This document shows, piece by piece, positions 60,851 through 64,000 of a stretch of DNA of 64,000 bases (position 1 is the first letter of the stretch; every line of letters starts with the position of its first letter). The stretch is from Podarcis muralis (taxonomy: Eukaryota). Below the pieces are notes generated by a model that was not told the origin of the DNA, made no database searches, and saw nothing but the letters and a program-made list of their open reading frames with translations. The position numbers were made by a program, and so were the translations under genes. The stretch spans positions 58,466,001-58,530,000 of the forward strand of contig NC_135661.1 in assembly GCF_964188315.1 (NCBI RefSeq), written 5' to 3'.

Positions 60851-62199
60851 ACGGGGAGACCAGGGTTCAAATTGCCAGTCAGCCCAACCACTAACTCTTA
60901 GCCTCATCAAGGTAGGCTAAAATGGGCAAGTCTCATATGCTAGCTTGAGTTGCTTGGATATAAGTGTATAAATTATACCATCTAGGGTAGCCATATTTCA
61001 AAAAGTGAAAATCCGGACACAAGTTGTTTGACTTCCCCCCTCTCCCCGCCACCAAAATCTACCCTTCAGATCTGCCATGCATCCAGATTTTCCCAGACAT
61101 TTTTTAAAAAAGCAATTTCCGCCTGGACGCTGTTTACAAGGGCCAAATACCAGCTATGACCGGGAAGTTCTGGCCGTATGGCAGCCCTACCCTTGGCAGA
61201 CTGTAAATGCAAGAACCCCAACCGCATACATAAAGGGGATCTGCTGGTTGAAGCAGCCTTTCTTATGCACACAACCAATAGGGATGCCCTTCTGGATATG
61301 AACTGTCATATGCACTGTGATGCTCATCCAGTCTCAGTGAATTGGTTGAATAGGTCTTTAGTGAGTCTGGGCGATGTGTGGTCTTTTCTAATGGGGAGGA
61401 AAGGAAACCAGCTTCTTTTATGGACAACTAGAACTTGAATTAGAGAGATTGTCATGAGAAGCTGCCTTATACCATGTCAAACCGTTGATCCATCTAGCTC
61501 AGTATTGTCTGGTAGTGACTTCGCAGGAGGTGCTGGAGATGGAATCAAAGACCTGCATGCAAAGCAGATGCACTGCTAATGAGCTGCTGTCCTGACCCAT
61601 AAATAGAAACCAGTGGGACACTCACCCAAAGGGGGGGGGGGACCATGCAGTCACCAGTGCAAGCCCTTTTTCTGGATTTATTTTTTCCTAGGGGAAATCC
61701 CTTCATAGAAACATGCTGTCAGCTCTTGGTGGCTGTTTCAAAGCCCATCTTGAGCTCAAAATGGATCAAAAGGTGGTGGATATGAATAATCCTAAAAGCG
61801 TTCCCTTTTTTAAAAAAAAGTGTTGCAATTTTCAAAGTCATTTGCATGCCCAATTATTTTTCCTGCTGGGAGGTTTGTCGGTTTTAGGTCCCCAAACCAT
61901 TTCCCTTGATCCAGGAGGAACTGCCTCTACCCTTCCAGCTAAGTGAGGGGACAGATTCAAGAGCACCGTGAAAGGGCAGGAGGTCGGTAGAGTTTATTCG
62001 TTAACCAAAGGCGTTTAACCATTCAAGAGTCCCAGTACACAGAGACCAAGTGTTTCTTGTTCAGCAGCCCCGGATGGCTCGCTGGGTTTCCAGCCAAATC
62101 CACGCAGCACACCGTGTCTTGGCCCAGCTCCGCCTCGGGGCTTACCTATTCTCCAGCTAAGCCCTCACTTTCCAGCTTTGAGGGCGAGAAAGGAACCGC

Positions 62200-64000
62200 A
62201 CCATTAAAACCAAGGCGGTTCGGAGCTGCAGCAGCAGCGGTCGTTGACCTTTTGAGCAGAACAGAGCCCGGCGAGGGAGGCCCGTCTCGAGGGGCTCCTC
62301 CAGTAAGTGCCCATTTCGCGTGGCTCCTTTGGGCTTCGAGAGGCGCGCCCGCCTGGAGCCGCCTTCGAGACCCCGGGGAGGCGAGCGCGCTTGCGCCCAC
62401 TGGAGAAGCGGGGGGCAGCCGGGCGCCCAGCTGGGGCTGGCAAGGCGAGGCGGCGGAGGAGGAGGCGGCGGCGGAGGGGAGGGGGAGGCGCCCGCGCCGT
62501 CGGCAGGCGCAGAGCGGCGTGCGCGCCTGGCCCCTGCCGCGCTCGCTGCGTTGCCCCTTTAATTGTGTCCCCAGCCCTCGGGCGTCTCTCTCCAACGCCC
62601 ACGTCAGCAACTACCTTTTGTTTCTCTCCCGGCCGGGCTGCTCAGCGCTTTGGGGCGGCGGCGCCCGGCGAGGTTTCGCGCCCTCACCCGTCGAACCCCG
62701 AGCCAGCGCCGCTTGCAGAGCCCCGCCGCCCCGCGAACGCCCGCCTCGCCGCCGCCCAGCCCGTGCCTCTGCCGAGCGGTAAGTCAGCGGCGCCTCCGCG
62801 GCAGCGCCAGCAGGCCGAGCAGGGCGTCCTCCGGGCTGAGGCGGCTCTAGAGTGAGCCGGGCGCGCCTCTGCTTCCCCGGCTAGCGGAGGATGTCCGGCC
62901 GCGCTGCCTCTCCCCCCTCCTGCGCGGCGCCCCAGTCGGGCAGCGCCCGGCCAGCCCCGTCAGGCGGGCGCCATTTGCTGCCGATGCCGCCCCGGGCGCG
63001 GCGTTCGGCTCGCAACAAAGGGCTGGCGAGGGACCGACAGAGTCCTCCCTGCCGCGCGTGCGGAGCTCCGAGCCGGGCAGGGGCACCTTCTGCGCCCGGG
63101 CATCGAGTGGCGGCGGCGGCAGCGGGAAAGGCCACGCTAGGCAGCCCGGCTGCGGCGACGGCTGGGAATTCCGCATCGCCTCCCGGCGCCCTTCCCAGGA
63201 AAGGCGGGCGGGCGGGCGGGCGGGTTGGGTGGTGGTGGCGGTGGTCCTCCTCCCGGCAGGGCGCGCGGACCGGTCCCCCTCTGGAGGCGACGCCGGGGAT
63301 CGGTCCCTGGTGACTTGGCGGGCGCGCCTCCAGCGCCGTCGGGCGTCCCTGGCTCCCGATGGCCGAGCCTCTAGCTCGGGGTGGGCGGGCGAGAGACTGA
63401 CGGCGCCCTCTGCCAATGTGCGGCGCTGGCGCCCCTTGTGCTGCCGGGCAGGGCTAGGGGAGGACCGGCGCTGCCGCGGTGTCAGCCGCCTGCTCGGAGG
63501 CAGCTCCTCTGATTGCAGCTTCCGCGCCGCCGCCTAGGCGCCCTTTCTGGCGGCCAGCGCGGCGCACCTGGCGAGCGGAGGGTCAGCCCTGCCGGTGGAT
63601 GCGGGTCTGCGACGAGAGGGAGGCGGCGGGAGCAGTGGCTCCCGCCGGCCCCTGAACGCCACACACTCGGCATGCCAGCAAGTCCCGTTTCCCCACTTTT
63701 CGCCTCCAGGCTGGAAGGACGCCTGTCGTCTCGGGGGCCCGGATTTGGCGAGCGGAGTCTCCAGTTGCTGACCTCTGCGCTAGAGTCGCGGAGCCCCGCG
63801 GTGCGAAGGGCTGGGGCGCTGAGCGGTGTGACAAGGCGTCGCGCTGCTAGCTGCGGGCTTGGAAAGCAGCAGTCCAACCCAACTGGCGTGCCCGTTGCAG
63901 GTGAAGCCCAGATCGGCTGCCTTGGGAATAGCGATCCAGCTGGCTACTGTCGGGACTGAGAAGCAAGCGCCAGCCCCCTCCCCCCCCCCCCCCACGACAC
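62200..64000 (+). promoter_or_regulatory. CpG island, probable promoter and non-coding exon 1 of ZBTB8A (by synteny only)
   Basis: Extreme GC/CpG density, (GCG)n tracts, donor GCG|GTAAGT at 62779, YY1-like CGCCATTT at about 62969. No ZBTB8A coding sequence lies in the window. Confidence 0.6.

Noticed and set aside
62057-63995. Many 80-240-aa ORFs in the terminal CpG island
   Set aside because: Arg/Gly/Pro/Ala-rich frames on all strands with no BTB or other domain; CpG-island artefacts.

Overview
Vertebrate genomic DNA, most likely a lacertid lizard (inferred from Sauria SINEs, BovB, CR1, L2, Penelope and hAT/Mariner MITEs). It carries the conserved block FAM229A(-), TSSK3(+), BSDC1(-), ZBTB8B(+) and ends in a CpG island that is probably the 5' end of ZBTB8A. 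A CpG island at about 2 kb holds the first exon of a further, unidentified minus-strand gene. All four complete CDSs were assembled by hand with GT-AG junctions and consistent reading phases: FAM229A 73 aa (2 coding exons, absent from the ORF track), TSSK3 268 aa (2), BSDC1 453 aa (11), ZBTB8B 477 aa (3). The most striking non-gene feature is a young 6.79-kb LTR element (38818-45607, minus strand). It has two 719-bp LTRs differing at 5 sites by eye, a CCAT target-site duplication, a tRNA-Arg-like PBS, a PPT and splice signals, but no recognisable gag, pol or env. Its interior contains several tandem arrays, and it inserted about 50 bp upstream of the ZBTB8B promoter motifs. Other leads are a candidate alternative last exon of BSDC1, a GATA-spaced Cys4 motif in ZBTB8B, a sense L1 with a poly(A) signal in ZBTB8B intron 3, and a decayed Penelope hammerhead. 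Gene and repeat names rest on my recall of family sequences; no search was run.
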